DNA of 53,184 nucleotides. Source: Bigelowiella natans CCMP2755 (lineage: Eukaryota > Protista > Cercozoa). The stretch is from contig ADNK01000346.1 of NCBI GenBank assembly GCA_000320545.1, positions 1 to 53,184 of the forward strand, given 5' to 3'. Shown here in pieces: positions 52,725 through 53,184 of this stretch. The notes beneath the pieces were generated by a model. It was not told the DNA's origin. It worked only from the letters and a program-made list of their open reading frames with translations, and searched no databases. The translations under genes and the position numbers were made by a program. Positions within the stretch are counted from its first letter, which is position 1. Each line of letters opens with the position of its first letter.

Positions 52725-53184
52725 GCACAAATTTTGGTTGGATGTTTGTATTTGTATGTGTGCAATTGAATATATTTGCCGTAGAATCACAAAAATTACC
52801 CAATTTCCCCTTCCATTCTCTCTTCTTCGTTAGTCTTTGGACCGCCTAATATTACATCCCGTTTGGAAGAGGCAAGAGACATTGTACTAACTTCTTTATC
52901 TCAAAATCATATTGAGAGGAATAAACACGTATCGTGGTATTTTTAGAGTCCCGGAGCACAACAGAGAACCTGGCCACAGTAACGTGCAGCCAACAGTACT
53001 TTCTCCCCCCCCCCCCCCCCCCCTCTCTCTGTCTAACTTTTATGCGCCCACGCACCCGCACACACACGTGGATAAAAAAAAACATGGGGGAGTTCCCACC
53101 TTTCCCAGATTGAAGACCTCCCTACCTATCCTTTTTTGGTGCGCCCCCCCCCCGGGGGGGGTATAAGGGAGAAAAAAAAAAAAG
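49822..53184 (-). CDS. CRAL-TRIO (Sec14-like) lipid-binding domain protein, 5' end beyond the window
   Basis: Exons AVQRLTKKREWKGKL, GLRSREGLPIIYSHGMP, YLHDRVMAAA, VINTTASSFRFPD, LEIVNKHYPW, TVFIGVPKPIQ/ALFHMTKPIMG..KFK/FANNREDLLQYISPDNLPRQYGG, then DWELEKYVQQRASTECCNVNL, stop at 49822. Confidence 0.85.

Overview
Intron-rich eukaryotic nuclear DNA with microsatellite-laden introns. It is probably a flagellated protist or alga; a rhizarian/chlorarachniophyte-like origin is only an impression from intron style and gene content. Manual splicing (GT-AG, frames checked at most junctions) gives 11 protein-coding genes in strict strand alternation (-,+,-,+,...): partial hypothetical (-), large LRR protein with an embedded GST-like domain (+), proteasome lid subunit RPN8/PSMD7 (-), ankyrin-repeat TRPV-like channel (+), ER-type aldo-keto reductase with VHL-beta-like domain (-), CLN3/battenin (+), EF-hand coiled-coil protein (-), CDK20/CCRK (+), a putatively myristoylated tyrosine kinase (-), DUF1365/UfaO-like protein (+), and a partial CRAL-TRIO protein (-). 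The most notable items are the Src-like tyrosine kinase, which the ORF track misses because it is split into about 20 exons, and the head-to-head/tail-to-tail gene architecture with compositionally distinct palindrome-rich convergent spacers. Most short ORFs in the supplied track are microsatellite or antisense artefacts. No tRNA, rRNA, CRISPR or intact mobile element was recognised. Coordinates are gene spans including introns, and all family calls come from motif recognition, not database searches.
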